A DNA stretch of 64,000 nt from Chrysemys picta bellii. Its lineage: Eukaryota. Positions within the stretch are counted from its first letter, which is position 1. Every line of letters begins with the position of its first letter. The DNA lies in NCBI RefSeq assembly GCF_011386835.1, contig NC_088791.1:245520001-245584000 (forward strand), written 5' to 3'. The notes beneath the pieces are model-generated. The model was not told the DNA's origin and did not search any database. It saw only the letters and a program-made list of their open reading frames with translations. The position numbers and the translations under genes were made by a program. Of this stretch, positions 51,165-63,470 are shown piece after piece.

Positions 51165-51439
51165 ATTAGCAAAACAAAGCCAATTAAACTACTGGCAAGC
51201 TTTATTTCTTAAGTTCTACCAATGCAACCTTCTTCACAAGGATATTCATATTTGAATTCATAAATATGCTCTCTTTCTCCTCCCCCCCCCATACCTTTTA
51301 CTTTTTGCTCTAAGTGGGGGGGGGGGGAGAGAAGAGAGTATATTTATGAATTTAAATATGAATATCCTTGGGAAGAAGGTTGCATTGGTAGAACTTAAGA
51401 AATAAAGCTTGCCAGTAGTTTTGGCTTTGTTTTGCTAAT
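51165..51439. repeat. Near-perfect inverted duplication (~125 bp arms, 25 nt spacer)
   Basis: 51165-51290 is the reverse complement of 51316-51439, apart from about 3 substitutions, a 3 nt indel and differences next to the C/G runs. Confidence 0.95.
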
Positions 51440-52779
51440 ACCTCTGACCCTAACTCCTTCGCAAGCTTGATCCCTAGATTTGCAAATATTTTCTTCATTG
51501 CTCCAGCAGAGGGAAAAAAATCAGGGCCCCTTAGTTAAAAAGGAGATTTGACGTATGTGTAAATGAGGGCTGCTCAAGGAGAGAGCCTGCCCTCAACATC
51601 TGTGTTAATTTTCATTCTTGTAGAGCCCATGTGGGTCTTGTGGCACTCCCACCACAAGTGCACCACAGAAGCAGGTTGGTCTAGTATACCAATTAAATTA
51701 TTGGGTATGCCAAATATTTGTACTCAACTTTAGAGCATTATTAACATAAACCTAATGTGCTGTGCTCCCACTGCTCAGTGCCCTCTGTCTCCTTCCATAT
51801 CACTTTACAAAAAAAAGTTCACTTTCCATGGACCTAGCTTGCATAGATCTTTAAGAAATATGTTGAAATACCTTGACAGAAACTAGAATTCCACCATGTT
51901 CTGCATGGCAGGATGCAACTATCCTAAAAATTTAAGAAACTATGGGAAAGTTTTCATCAATTATACCAGTATAATTCCCCCATCCACCCCATGAAGACAC
52001 TTAGTCCAGTATAAGAGTACCTTATTTCAGCTTAACTTAAACCCATTCCCAAAAGACATAAGCTAAATTGACAAAATGTGCTGTTACACTGGAATAGAAG
52101 TGTCTAAATGGGGGTTATACCAGTATAAATATATTGGTTTAAAAACTTAGGGCTTGTCCTCACAGGAAAGTTGTGCGCTAAATTGTGAATTTATTGTGTA
52201 ATTTCCTAACACTAACTAAGGTTACCTGCATACACTGAGTGGAGTATGCGGCTTGTACCCACCCTAAAACATTAGAGAAGGGGCACCAAATTAATTTCTT
52301 GGAGAAGGCCAAATTCCATCTTTAACTATGGTTCAGGATTGTGGTATACTTTACGGACTACCTGCTAATCGCAACCCATAAACAGAACTTCCACTGATGC
52401 CAATGGGAGATTTGCAGAAAGACCTAGTTACTAAGTTTAGTTATTATATAACTATTTCCTCAGTATTGTCACATACATCTGTGACCCTAAGAGCACCCCA
52501 ATGCCAGAGGGCAAGGGCTCCCTGGTATGTAGCAGTGAGTCTCAGCTGACCTGACTAGCTTACTGTTGTCTTGTAATATTTCACTGGAAAATTGGTAAGA
52601 GTCTGGTAATTAATACTATAACGTGATGTAGGTATGGGCCATATATAAATAATTATAGATATTTGCTGGAAATATAATCCTCAAATGTGTTTGGCAGACT
52701 GTGCATAAGCCCAGCTGGTCCTAGACAAAGGAATTTATTTTTTTCAGGCTTGACTGTATCTCCAATGTAAATTAAACAA

Positions 52780-53430
52780 GGTGTTAGGAACCATTAGGAA
52801 AGAGATAGATAAGACAGAAAATTTTATAATGCCACTATATAAACTCATGGTACGCCCACATCTTGAATACCGCATGCAGTTCTATTTATCCCCATCTAAA
52901 AAAAAGATATTAGAATGGTAAAAAGTACAGAGAACAACAAAAATGGTTAAGGGTATGGAACAGCTTCCATATGAGGAGAGATTAAAAAGACCAGGACTGT
53001 TCAGTTTAGAAAAGAGACAACTAAGGGGGTATATGACAGAGGTCTATAAAAATCCATAAATGATGTGGAGAAAGTGAATAAGGTGGTACGATTTACCCTT
53101 TCACATAAACACGTGAACAAGGGGTCACCCGATGAAATTAATAAGCAGCAGCTTTAAAACAAACGTAAGGAAGTACTTCTTCACACAACGCACAGTCAAC
53201 TTACGGAACTCCTAGCCAGCGATGTTGTGAAGGTCAAATGTATAACGGGGTTAAAAAAAGAACTAGATAAATTCATGGAGGATAGCCCCATCAACAACTA
53301 TTGGCCAAGATGATCAGGGATGCAAACGCAGGCTCTGTGTCAGGTGTCTCCAAAATCTGACTGCCAGCAGCTGGGAGTGGATGACGGGATGGATCACTCA
53401 ATGCTCTGTTCAGTCCATTCCTTCTGAGGC
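52780..53430 (+). mobile_element. CR1 LINE 3' portion
   Basis: MVRPHLEYRMQF (ggtacgcccacatcttgaatac) followed by the ORF2 end and 3' UTR; same type as 24060-24862. Confidence 0.9.
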
Positions 53431-54028
53431 CTTCCTGTCTCTGTCTCTCTTTAGAGACAGCAAATTGAATAACTTCTGTGAGTCCAGTAAGAGGGACTGA
53501 ACACTGCAGGGGAAACAGTTTGGGGGAAACTTGGGTCTGGAAGGGCTGGTGGGGCCACCCGGCAAGGAGTGACCAGGCTGTGGAAACCAGGATGAGGCCA
53601 TCGTGCTGTGAGCCTGCTATTGGTGACAGTGCTCTAAGCCAAAGCTGCACAGCACAGAAGCAGCCAGGGTTACATGGCAGGTGGTGACATAATCCCTTAC
53701 TGATCTGGGTGAGCCCCCAAAGCATCACATCCTCCTCACTCATTGGGAAAAATGAGTTTCCCCCATTAGGAGGGCTGCTTTTTTTTGGCCCATTGTTTCC
53801 TCTCTATTCCCCATCCTCCTTTTCGCTCCCTTCCCATCTTTGTCTCCTTTCTTCCCTCTATTTTATTCTCTGCAACTCTGCCCAATTCCCACCCCACATA
53901 GGACTTCACTCCTACCTCCTTTCACCCACAAAATCTATTAGCAATGAAATAGTTTGCACTGATATTTACATATCATTTGATTTCAGAGTCTATAGCCCAA
54001 TGAGATTAAAGAGGAAGACAGTTTAAAC

Positions 54029-54561
54029 CAGTGGTGGGCAACCTGCGGGCCGCACGTGGCCCATCGGGGTAATCCGCTGGCAGGCCACCAGACAGTTTGT
54101 TTACATTGACCGCCCGCAGCTCCCAGTGACCACGGTACACCGTTTCTGGCCACTGGAAGCTGCGGGCAGTGGTGCCTGCAGACGGTCAACATAAACAAAG
54201 GGCTGGTCTACACTGGGGGGGGGGGGGGCGAAATCGATCCAAGATACGCAACTTCAGCTACGCAAATAGCGTAGCTGAAGTCGAAGCATCTTGGATCAAA
54301 TTACCTGGGGTCCAGACAGCGCGGGATCGATGGCCACGACTCCCCCGTCGACCGTGCTACCGCCGCTCACTCTGATGGAGTTCCGGAGTAGACGGTGAGC
54401 GCGTTCGGGGATCGATATATCGCATCTTAACGAGACGCAATATATCGATCCCGGATAAATCGATTGCTACCCGCCGATACGACGGGTAGTGAAGACGTAC
54501 CCAAACTGTCTTGCAGCCCGCGAGCGGATTACCCTGACGGGCCACAGGTTGCTCACCACTG
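54029..54561. mobile_element. hAT (Charlie-like) MITE, host of a nested element
   Basis: TIRs CAGTGGTGGGCAACCTG / CAGGTTGCTCACCACTG, perfect palindromic TSD GTTTAAAC. Confidence 0.92.
54200..54502. mobile_element. PIF/Harbinger-like MITE nested in the hAT MITE
   Basis: TIRs gggctggtctacact / agtgaagacgtaccc, 3 bp TSD AAA. Same family as 28737 and 30015. Confidence 0.9.
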
Positions 54562-55626
54562 GTTTAAACCTCTCCAAGTCTTTCTTTAAGACTATCTGTA
54601 GACTCAGGAAGATAAACACTATCAGATTACACTTGGTTCACATTTTGGACATTATCTTGACAACCAGGAGGCTTAGAGATTTACTTCTTATTTTAAACAG
54701 TAAACGTTCATACTGCAGAATTTGAATATGCTATGCAGATCAATTAAGTAAATCAAGTGGGTTGGTTGGTTGACACTCTTGTTTGAAACACTGTATAAGT
54801 CTCCAGATACGAGTTATAATTTGTCATGAGAACGCCTCTACCAATAGCGCATTATTCTAATATAAAAGATATTATGACATACATAATACCCAAAATAGGA
54901 TGCTGCCAATATTCTATACACAGATTTGTTTAACCCAGGCTCACCAAAGGCTAAGCATGTGAATCCTAAAAACCAGACTAGACTGCCTTCAGTTTAGAAT
55001 GTAGAAGAAGGGTAACCAATTATTTTTCGTCAAAGTCCAAATTTCTAGGTCAAGGTGAAGTCCAGAGAAAATAATAGAACAACAACAGCAATGATAATAA
55101 TAAGTAAATAAAAGATTTTGCGATCCATTCAAAACCATCTGGCAGTCCGGATTTGCCTGTGGTCTGCCTATTGAATACCCCGATGTAGAATGTATTCTGC
55201 TTTCCTTAATGTTAATGTATATATTGCATGATTTATTACTGGTATTTTACTTATTGAGGAGATATCAGAATTATTTATCTTGAAAAAGTAAGTTTGAATG
55301 TCAGAGACCCTCCCCTGCATAAAGTTCATTCGACAGCATCCAACTGCTGTAGCAGGATCAGAGGAAAACATGCACTCTGCTCCTTTAGGAAGAAATCAGT
55401 TAGCTGATTTCTGATCTGCTTGTTTTTTCAATTCAATTAAGTAACTGGATGTTGAACACTTTGTTTACAAAACTTGTCTAGATTTAATAGGCAGGTTCTA
55501 TTACCTTGTAACAGATGGTAATTGACAACATTTTTTCAGCATTAAAATAGAACTACAGAAATTACTTAAAAGCATTTAGGAAAATCAACATTTCAAATTA
55601 ATAAGTTTACAATATTACAGCATATT

Positions 55627-55967
55627 ACGGGGTGGCCAAACTTACTGACCCTCCTAACTGCATACAATCTTCAGAAGTTTGAGAGCCACTGGGTGGCACC
55701 TGCCGGAGCATGGGGCTTCTGCCCTAATGCCCACCTGCAGGGCTAAAGCCCCGAAACCACACTCCCCACAGGGCAGAAGCCATAGCCCCATTCCTCACAG
55801 GGCAGAAGCCACAAGCCCTGCCACCTTCCCCATCCTCTTTCCTCCTCCCTCCCCCCCCCCCCCCCCGCCCACGTAGGAGGAGAAAGGAGGTGAGGGGTGG
55901 CTCCACAAACTGCCCTTTAACTGTAAAAGATGCATGTGGCTCTCAAGCCACAGTTTGGCCGTGCCTG
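55627..55967. mobile_element. hAT MITE
   Basis: Degenerate TIRs (a)cggggtggccaaac / gtttggccgtgcctg. Confidence 0.7.
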
Positions 55968-56445
55968 GCCTAGTATCTCCTGTGGGTCCCCCTCCTCCCC
56001 CAACTACTCACACATGCAACTTCCTTCAGTGTTGCATAGGTGGGCCCTTCTTCCACCAAAGATACAGAAGTCAATAAAAAAAGTTTCTATGGATGCTCAG
56101 TTGTTCTTGTACAGTAGATTCTTGAGTCAGTAAAGCATGCCAATTCAGGAAGAACACAAGCATATTCTTAAAGTTAAACATGAGGTTAAGTCCCATTGAA
56201 ATAAACAAGATTTAAGCCAGTGCTCAAGTATGTTCCTGAATTATAAATTAAATCAATAGTAGTTGGTTTTGTCTTTTAATACAGTATTTGACATTAGCAA
56301 CATATTTGTTGGTAATAAGTTATTCTTTATTGTTTAATATTCACATTGTACTTGTAAAAAAAAGCTGAGTCAGTACTAAAACATAACCTGATCCCGCAAA
56401 CAGCCATGTGATTAATCTTATGTATTCAAATACTTCCCAGTAGTC

Positions 56446-56695
56446 AGCCCCAACCATTCAAAAACCTCATGAGATTGACTTAAAAACTATGAGATTGTGT
56501 TTAAATAATAAACGTTGGGTTCTATTTATTTACCTTCATGGTTCACATTTTCAACCTTTCCCCTGCAATAATAAGGACTAGAAATTTACTTAATAAATAA
56601 AAGATGAGATTATCACATAACCTTATGAACCTAATGAATCCAGGGACCGGGACTTTAAGACAGAAGCCAAATGTTGCAAGAGTTGGCAATGCTGA
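56446..56695. mobile_element. Old DNA-transposon MITE
   Basis: Right end gagttggcaatgctg; left end cagccccaaccattcaaaaacctcatgagattg. Boundaries approximate. Confidence 0.5.
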
Positions 56696-57269
56696 TTCCA
56701 CTGAACTCACTGGCACTTCAGTACTTTCATATTACTTACAGGATTGGGGCCTTAAAAGATACACTGTTAGATCTATATAGGCCCAAAGTTTAGGACTTGC
56801 AAATCTTTTACAAAACCTAACAGGTGAAATGTTTTTTGTTTTTAAATGTCAGTAAAAGTGGTTTTTAAACACATCTTTCCCTGTAGTCTTTGGGTTGTAA
56901 ATAACCCTTTTCCTAAATGGAAACCAGAATGAAACACTCATTAGAAAAGGACTACAAATAAAAGGAAGCCTGGCTAATCTATTTTGAAAGTCCAAACTGA
57001 AACTGAGTGAAATATAAAATGTAAACAGCTAGCACAAGCAGTATAAAAAGTGACATATCTATCTCTATATAGAGACAGATATCTATTTCACATTTAATAA
57101 TATCAGATATTATTAGCAACATCAGGAAGGAGTTTTTTTAATATAAATGTTAATCTAAGTGTCCCTTGATATGAAAAATTCTTTGTTCTTTTCAACTACG
57201 GAAAAAGCAATACAAGGCTTGTTTTTTCCTAGCACTCTCACTCATTTCTAATGCAGCCTGAAGAGACGA

Positions 57270-58620
57270 CACCCTGCAATCGCGATCAGATTTACCCGGG
57301 GTTGAACAATCGGGTAGCAGCTTTTTCCTAGCAGCCCGAACTATCCCCACAGCTCTGCTTTAACCCACCCCACGACCGGAGATGTAGCGCTAGTCCCAGC
57401 CCTGGTCCCAAGCTCCGGCTCAGCTCGGGCAGCTCCATCCAGGGGCAGGCGGCAGCTGAACGCGAAGCGCCCCTCGCCCCGAAAGGGGCAGCGCGGGCCG
57501 GGCTAGGGCACTAGCAGGCTTCTGCCGCGCTCCCAGGGGAATGAATGGGCCGGACGCTGGCAAGAGACCTGGGCGTGTGTCTCCACGCCCGCGCCTCTCA
57601 AACCGTGCGCGGGGTGCGCCCTACCGGGAGCTGGGACCGGCCCGGGGACTCCCAGCAGCCGCTCCCACCGGCCGCCACATCCCTGCAGCGGCTGCTCTTG
57701 CCCCACGGAGGGGAGCCAGGGGCGGGGCTTTAACACCCCCCGGGTTGCTCTGTGCAGCCACAAGCGGGGGGCTCCGCTGTTTGCTCCCCAGGGTCCAGCC
57801 ACAAGTCCGGCCCACGAGGAGGGGGCGCGCCCCGCGCACACTCACCTGAGAGCACTACTACTGCTGCCGCCGGGGGCTGAGCGCCGTGCACAAAACCCGC
57901 CCGGCTCCGCGTCCCCCCTGTGCCCGCGGCTTGTTGTCAGCACTCTGCCTTTGCAGACGCCCCGGCGCGGGAGGGAGGAGAGATGAGCGCTGCTCTCGGC
58001 CGCCCCCTCCCCGCACAGGCGGGGCGTGGTGGGCGGGGGCAGCATCAAGAGGCGCCTGGCCGAGAGCAGCAACTCCGCCCCTACAGCCCCTCGCCATAGG
58101 GGGCTGGCGGCCGCGCTCCTTTGTTACGGGGGCGGGAGCAGCCCCGAGCGGGAGCCCCGCAGCTGCCGCGTGCGCTCTGCCCACCCCCGCCTTGGGCGCT
58201 CTGCAGCCAGCCCGTTCCTCGTGCACTTGCCGTGGGTAGCGGGTTTCCTCTGCGCCGAGAGGTAGCAGCTGGCACACCTGGGCCAGCCCTTTAACGCAGC
58301 CGCCTCCAGTCGCGGGGGTGGGTTCCGTTGGGGACAGGAATAAGAACAATAGGAAGGAACATAAGCTGCCTTCTGCCCTGGAAGGCTCTCGGGGCACTTC
58401 CCAGCACTGCCGTGGGGCGGACAGGTGGGGAGGGGGGCGGAGGCGCGGGAGAGTTATCCCGCTTGCTTGAGGTCACACAGCCAGCTCAGACCGAGCACGC
58501 GGGGGATAAGTCCCAGTCTCCTGTTCGCAGCCCCGGACACACACACACACACCCCCAGCCTGCGCCCTGTTTGCAGTAGTAGCCTGTCCGCTTCATCCAC
58601 CCACGCTGCGCTGAGCTGAC
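57270..58620. promoter_or_regulatory. CpG island promoter
   Basis: ~1.3 kb GC- and CpG-rich segment without TIRs or TSD, in CpG-poor surroundings. Multiple GC boxes (for example ggcggggcgtggtgggcgggggc near 58018-58040). Confidence 0.9.
57846..57990 (-). other. Non-coding first exon of an unidentified minus-strand gene (TSS approximate)
   Basis: Consensus donor ctctCAG|GTGAGT inside the CpG island; no ATG in this minus-strand interval. Confidence 0.7.
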
Positions 58621-59419
58621 AATCGCCGTAGTTTCTCCTTCGTTACACAAAAGATCTGAGTTCAGTGCAAACTTCCTTTCCCCTTGCTTTGCTGCTGGGC
58701 CTGTGACCGCACCTGCTGTGTTATAACACTCTAATGGTCCAGAGAAACCACTGACCATCAGGATTCACCGAGTATGATCAGTGGGAGCAGATAATCTCCG
58801 AGTTCTTTTGTCTCAAAGTCTGTCCAAAACTTAAAATTGTTGAAAGGCTTCTGGATTTTTGTTTATATTTAGCTCTCCATAGCTGAACAAATAGACACGT
58901 GGATGGTGATACGTTTTTGTTTTCCATTCTAACCCAAACTCAGTCACTCATAACTTTTCTGAAGAGTGTGCTTGGGGCTGAAGTTTTCTGTTGTTATTAC
59001 TTATTATAGGTAGCACCACCTATAGCTAAGATTGCCTAATACTTCCCATGATCAGAGCCGTTGTCAGTCCTGTTCCTTGTCTTCCATAAACAGGTATAAC
59101 ACAAGGTCTTTTACACAAAAAGACTGGAATTTTCAAAAGGCAGTTGTAAGAATTCAAAAATTATGCTTTATTCTCTGGCTGGAATGGATGGTGGGAGATG
59201 AGACAACAATCATTTGGGTTGGATATTTCAAATCTACATTAGAGTTTGGGTCACCCTTAGATATACCAGCTGCTCCAGGAAGAAGTTATGTTGCTCAGCA
59301 GAATGGGATGAAATGACCTGTTTCATTCAGCACACTGCGTCCTCTACTTTTAGAAAGCAAAGGGAGAAGACTGAGGTCCTGGGCTGACTATCTGGAAGTC
59401 CTCCTGCTGTTACTAAGTA

Positions 59420-59597
59420 CAGCGCTACCGCGATATAACGCAACCCGATATAACACGAATTCAGATATAACACGGTAAAGCAGTGGAAGGGCTGCGCACT
59501 CCAGTGGATCAAAGCAAGTTCAATATAATGCGGTTTCAGCTATAACGCGGTAAGATTTTTTGACTGCCGAGGACGGCGTTATATGGAGGTAGAGGTG
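59420..59597. mobile_element. Tigger-like MITE, inverted copy of the 43949 family
   Basis: TA|cagcgctaccgcgatat...atatggaggtagaggtg, with reverse-complement internal similarity. Confidence 0.85.
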
Positions 59598-61419
59598 TGC
59601 CTATCTTGAATAGGTAACTTTAACGGTCTTTTTTTCCAGCAGTTTAGGTAGCTTGCAAGTGTGTGTTTGCAGGATTAACTCCCGGTGAACAGTAACTCAG
59701 CTGAATGGCTGATCAAAGTTCTGGTGATGCAGACTTTCTCTTGGGTGGCAACCCAGATCAGTCAATTGAGTACTGCCTGAAATCAGGTGCATAATTAGTA
59801 AAGAAGTGTACATGCTTGTGTAGGTGCTTTAAGGATTGTCAGTGTTCTTGTTTGGTAACAGGTTCCAATCAAGACTGTTATAGAGGAAGGTTAAAACTGA
59901 ATCAGTTACTATTGTTAACTAGGATTGTCCATGTGTCTATTATAAATTAAGGGTTAGATACTGCATTTTGAGTTCTAGGTATATACAGACACATAAAATA
60001 AGATTAAGTGTGAAAACCTCATGAATTGCACTGTATTGCTGTAGCTCTAAAGATCCCAATCCTGCTGAATGTAAGTGAAAGTCTTCAGTAAAAAGTATAT
60101 GCTTTCATAAGCTTGAACATATTGGTTTATGAATATTTGAAAACTACATACTAAATACGTCAGGAGAGGGGCCCTGAGCATGTCTGGGTAGCTCAGAAAG
60201 TACATACTTATCAAATCAGTCTTCCTGCCCAGCAGCCTTCCAGGCTTCTTATTCCCTACTCACTTCTCAATAGTGTTATTTAAGATGTCTGATTACTGGA
60301 TCACATGTTCATGTTGAAAATTTCCAACTTCTTGGTAATAGCATTCCAGAATGTACTAAGGTCTCCAGAGCCTAAAAAATATAACATCTATGACTGGGCA
60401 GCATGTGTGCACTCAAGCTGCTTCTCTGGCTAGTAAGAGCTACACAGGTATTCTTTGCACCCTCCACTTCTTAGATGGAGGGGGCACCAGAAACCAATTT
60501 TAGTATTTGAATGGCACAGGTATGGAATTTACAGATGTTTTCATAACAACTATCCATACTCGCCTACTCTGAAGTGACTCAGTGTTCTGTCAGGGAATAG
60601 TTTACAGAAACAATCTCTCATTATCAAATTATTTCTTCTTGAAAAAGCTTGTTCTGGAAGACAAAAGCAGCTGCTCTTGAAGCTGAGCTGGGATAGGAGT
60701 GAGCGATTGAGTCACTGTGCATCAGGAATCAGAATATAAATGTACACCTGCTATCCTCTTATGCTATAGTATAGGAAAGAGTAGCACTATGACACATAAG
60801 TACAAGATGGGGGATTTTTTAAAATGAGGAAATTAATTTGAAACAAGCTGAGTGGAAAAGAAATTAAAATCCATAGACTGGATAGGGATGATGCATAGGA
60901 ATAACAGAATCAAAGAACAAAAAGAAAAGAGGATGTCAACAAATAATTAGAAATATCTCAGTATTCTACAAAAACCTCATGAGTAAGCAAGTGGATCTTC
61001 GATTACTCCAATGATGGTCAGTTAAAGAAGATATGAAATAGCAGAGAAGAGAGAGACATCAAAAAAGGTTTTAGAGTGCAAGGAGGACTTTACTAAGATA
61101 TTTGCTATTTCAGTTCTTTGCAGCAGGCATTGTCCATTGTTATATGCACGTAAAGTGCCTGATACAAAGGGGCTTTAGGCCCTGATGGGAACCTCTCTGC
61201 ACTACCACAATACAAGTAATAAATAATAAAGCGATACAAAGACTGAAAACTATTTGATTCAACAGGACTTTTACTGAAAACTTCACTTGGCAGAATAGAT
61301 GGAATAATTAGCATTAGTGGCAATATTTGTAAAGGGGGCTTATTTAATCATAAGTGCCTTTTTTCTTTGTTTTCTATCCTTCTGGAGATGATTTCCCCCC
61401 AATTATGACCAAATGCACG

Positions 61420-61530
61420 TCTGTATTCAGACCTTATGCAATCCTGTAATAATCTTTGTAGAAAATATGGCTTGTGAGGTATCATTTGAAAACTAATAAC
61501 TCACTGGTCAACAATAGTAGAGTTACTGGA
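61420..61530 (+). mobile_element. LTR 5' fragment related to 31605-32766
   Basis: tgtaataatctttgta...tgtgagg(t)atcattt.aaaact is shared with 31650-31700. Confidence 0.55.
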
Positions 61531-63234
61531 GCAGTGCTGCAGTTGTACACAGACACTCAGGGTGTGAGCTGCAGGCTGTTTGGCAGTTTAGCTGTTTATG
61601 AACAGCCAGGGCTGGGAACTACAGCACCACATCATTGTGAGACACCCAAGGTTGCAGGGCATGTGGGGACACAACGCCTCGCTGCTCCAGATTGCTCCCT
61701 GTGGAATGTGGCAATGATCACCAGTGTAATGTTAGCTTTCTATTGGAGGATCCACATGCTATTTAAAGTGCCATCTTGTTCTCCCCTTCCCAAAGGCTGA
61801 AGTAGATTTCAGCACGGAAGCAGTTAAGTTGCAAGAAAATGTCAGAGACAGATGGCAACTGAGAGTTCTGAAGGAACTAATGAACAAAATAGCTTAGCTA
61901 CCAGAACTGTGATTCTACATTAAAACAGCTGTAATACAAGAAGACTGAAAATTGGCTTGAGATCCATCTTTTTAAAAGAGAGTTATGGGTAATCAAGAGT
62001 TATGAAATTTACTTCAGTATCATGACACTAACAAACTGTTCCACTCATCACTAGCTTCATTTGGTTGTAAGCTATATCCTCATTCTTTAACCCTTGGTCT
62101 GTTCTTGTCTCTTTAAGGTTGTAAGTTTTCTGCAGCAATGACGGTTGCTTACTTGTGTTTGTACAGCAGGGCCCCAAGGACTTTCACTTCTCCTGAAATC
62201 AAAACGTTTAATAAATAAGAAAAATGTGAAAACAAACAAACATTAAAGCTAGATATAAAGCACCATGGAGTGCTCCCATGGACTACCACCATTTTTATGT
62301 GGATAAAATGTCTCTCTTTTTAACCTGTTTGAATTCTTTGAAAGGGTTAAAGGTGGAATAATCATTTACATTTTCTCACTAAACACCCTTCCTGATAAGC
62401 TATTAAGCAACCTTGCTGAATATAGTCAAGTAACTTGGGATTTTTCCAGAATGCCTGAGAATTCACCATTTTGCTTCAGCCATGCAGTCAACATTTTTTT
62501 TTTTGCTCTTCCCTGTCCTTCCAAGACCTGTTTACAGCTGCTTCTTGCTCTCCCATTTTCCCCACAACAGGGAGTTAATTTGATCACAATACATACTCTC
62601 TGCACCATTCCTTGGACATAGGCAGCAAGCGGTTGAGGAGCCTGAACTGGAATAATGTAGCTTGCAAACAGGGAACGGGGGGAGCCAGAAATAAATGCTG
62701 GTGTTAGTTTGGGGGACTAGCAGAGCCATCTAGGTCAAGGGAGTGAGAGAGATGAGCTGCCCTGGCCAGCTACAAGCTCCTCATGCCTGAAAAACCTGGG
62801 GAAGATGATTCTGAACTGGGTCAACTGGATACATTGTGAGAGTTGAGACTCGGGGCATGGAGCCAGGCTGCACAGGGAGTGTAACAAAAAACTCATGCTC
62901 AAACAATCAACAAAATTTATGTTGAGTATTTTTGAGTATTCGCCCTAGCTGTGTGTGTTTGTGGGGGGGCTTTGGGATTAGAACTGGAGGTTATTTCATA
63001 GCAATAGCATAATTCTACATTGCCATACATTTTAGGGGTTGCTGCCATGGAATTTGATCCCATTGTGCCATGGAATACATAGGGCCGTGAACAGGATACT
63101 TACCTATTGACTTCAGTGTGGTGTTATGAAAATCATGACTGATACAATGTTTATGTTTAAGAGCAAACAGCTAAGTACTCAGTATTATTAAATATCATTA
63201 CTACATGGTGAGAGGTAAAGTCCTTTCAAACACT

Positions 63235-63470
63235 AGCCTAAACAGAGGTAAGGAATACAGTGTGGTTATAAATAGCTTATTCTCCATGTGGAAAGAGGTT
63301 AATACTGGGCTGTGCACTATTACTAAGACAGGAGTTGTTCAATATCTTTATTAATTATCAGAAAATTTGGTGAACAAGACATCAGAGACTTTTGCAGAAG
63401 AGACAAAATTATTTAGCGCAATCAAGAGTTAGGATAATTGTGAGAAACTTCAGACAGAGCTAAAAAACGC
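63235..63470 (+). mobile_element. Degraded CR1 RT fragment
   Basis: ttgttcaatatctttattaat and tttgcagaagagacaaaatta correspond to LFNIFIN and FADDTKL. Confidence 0.75.

Noticed and set aside
57503-58758. Long ORFs in the CpG island (up to 179 aa)
   Set aside because: Expected from GC content. The minus-strand MARGCRGG... frame stops (TAG) before the exon 1 donor.
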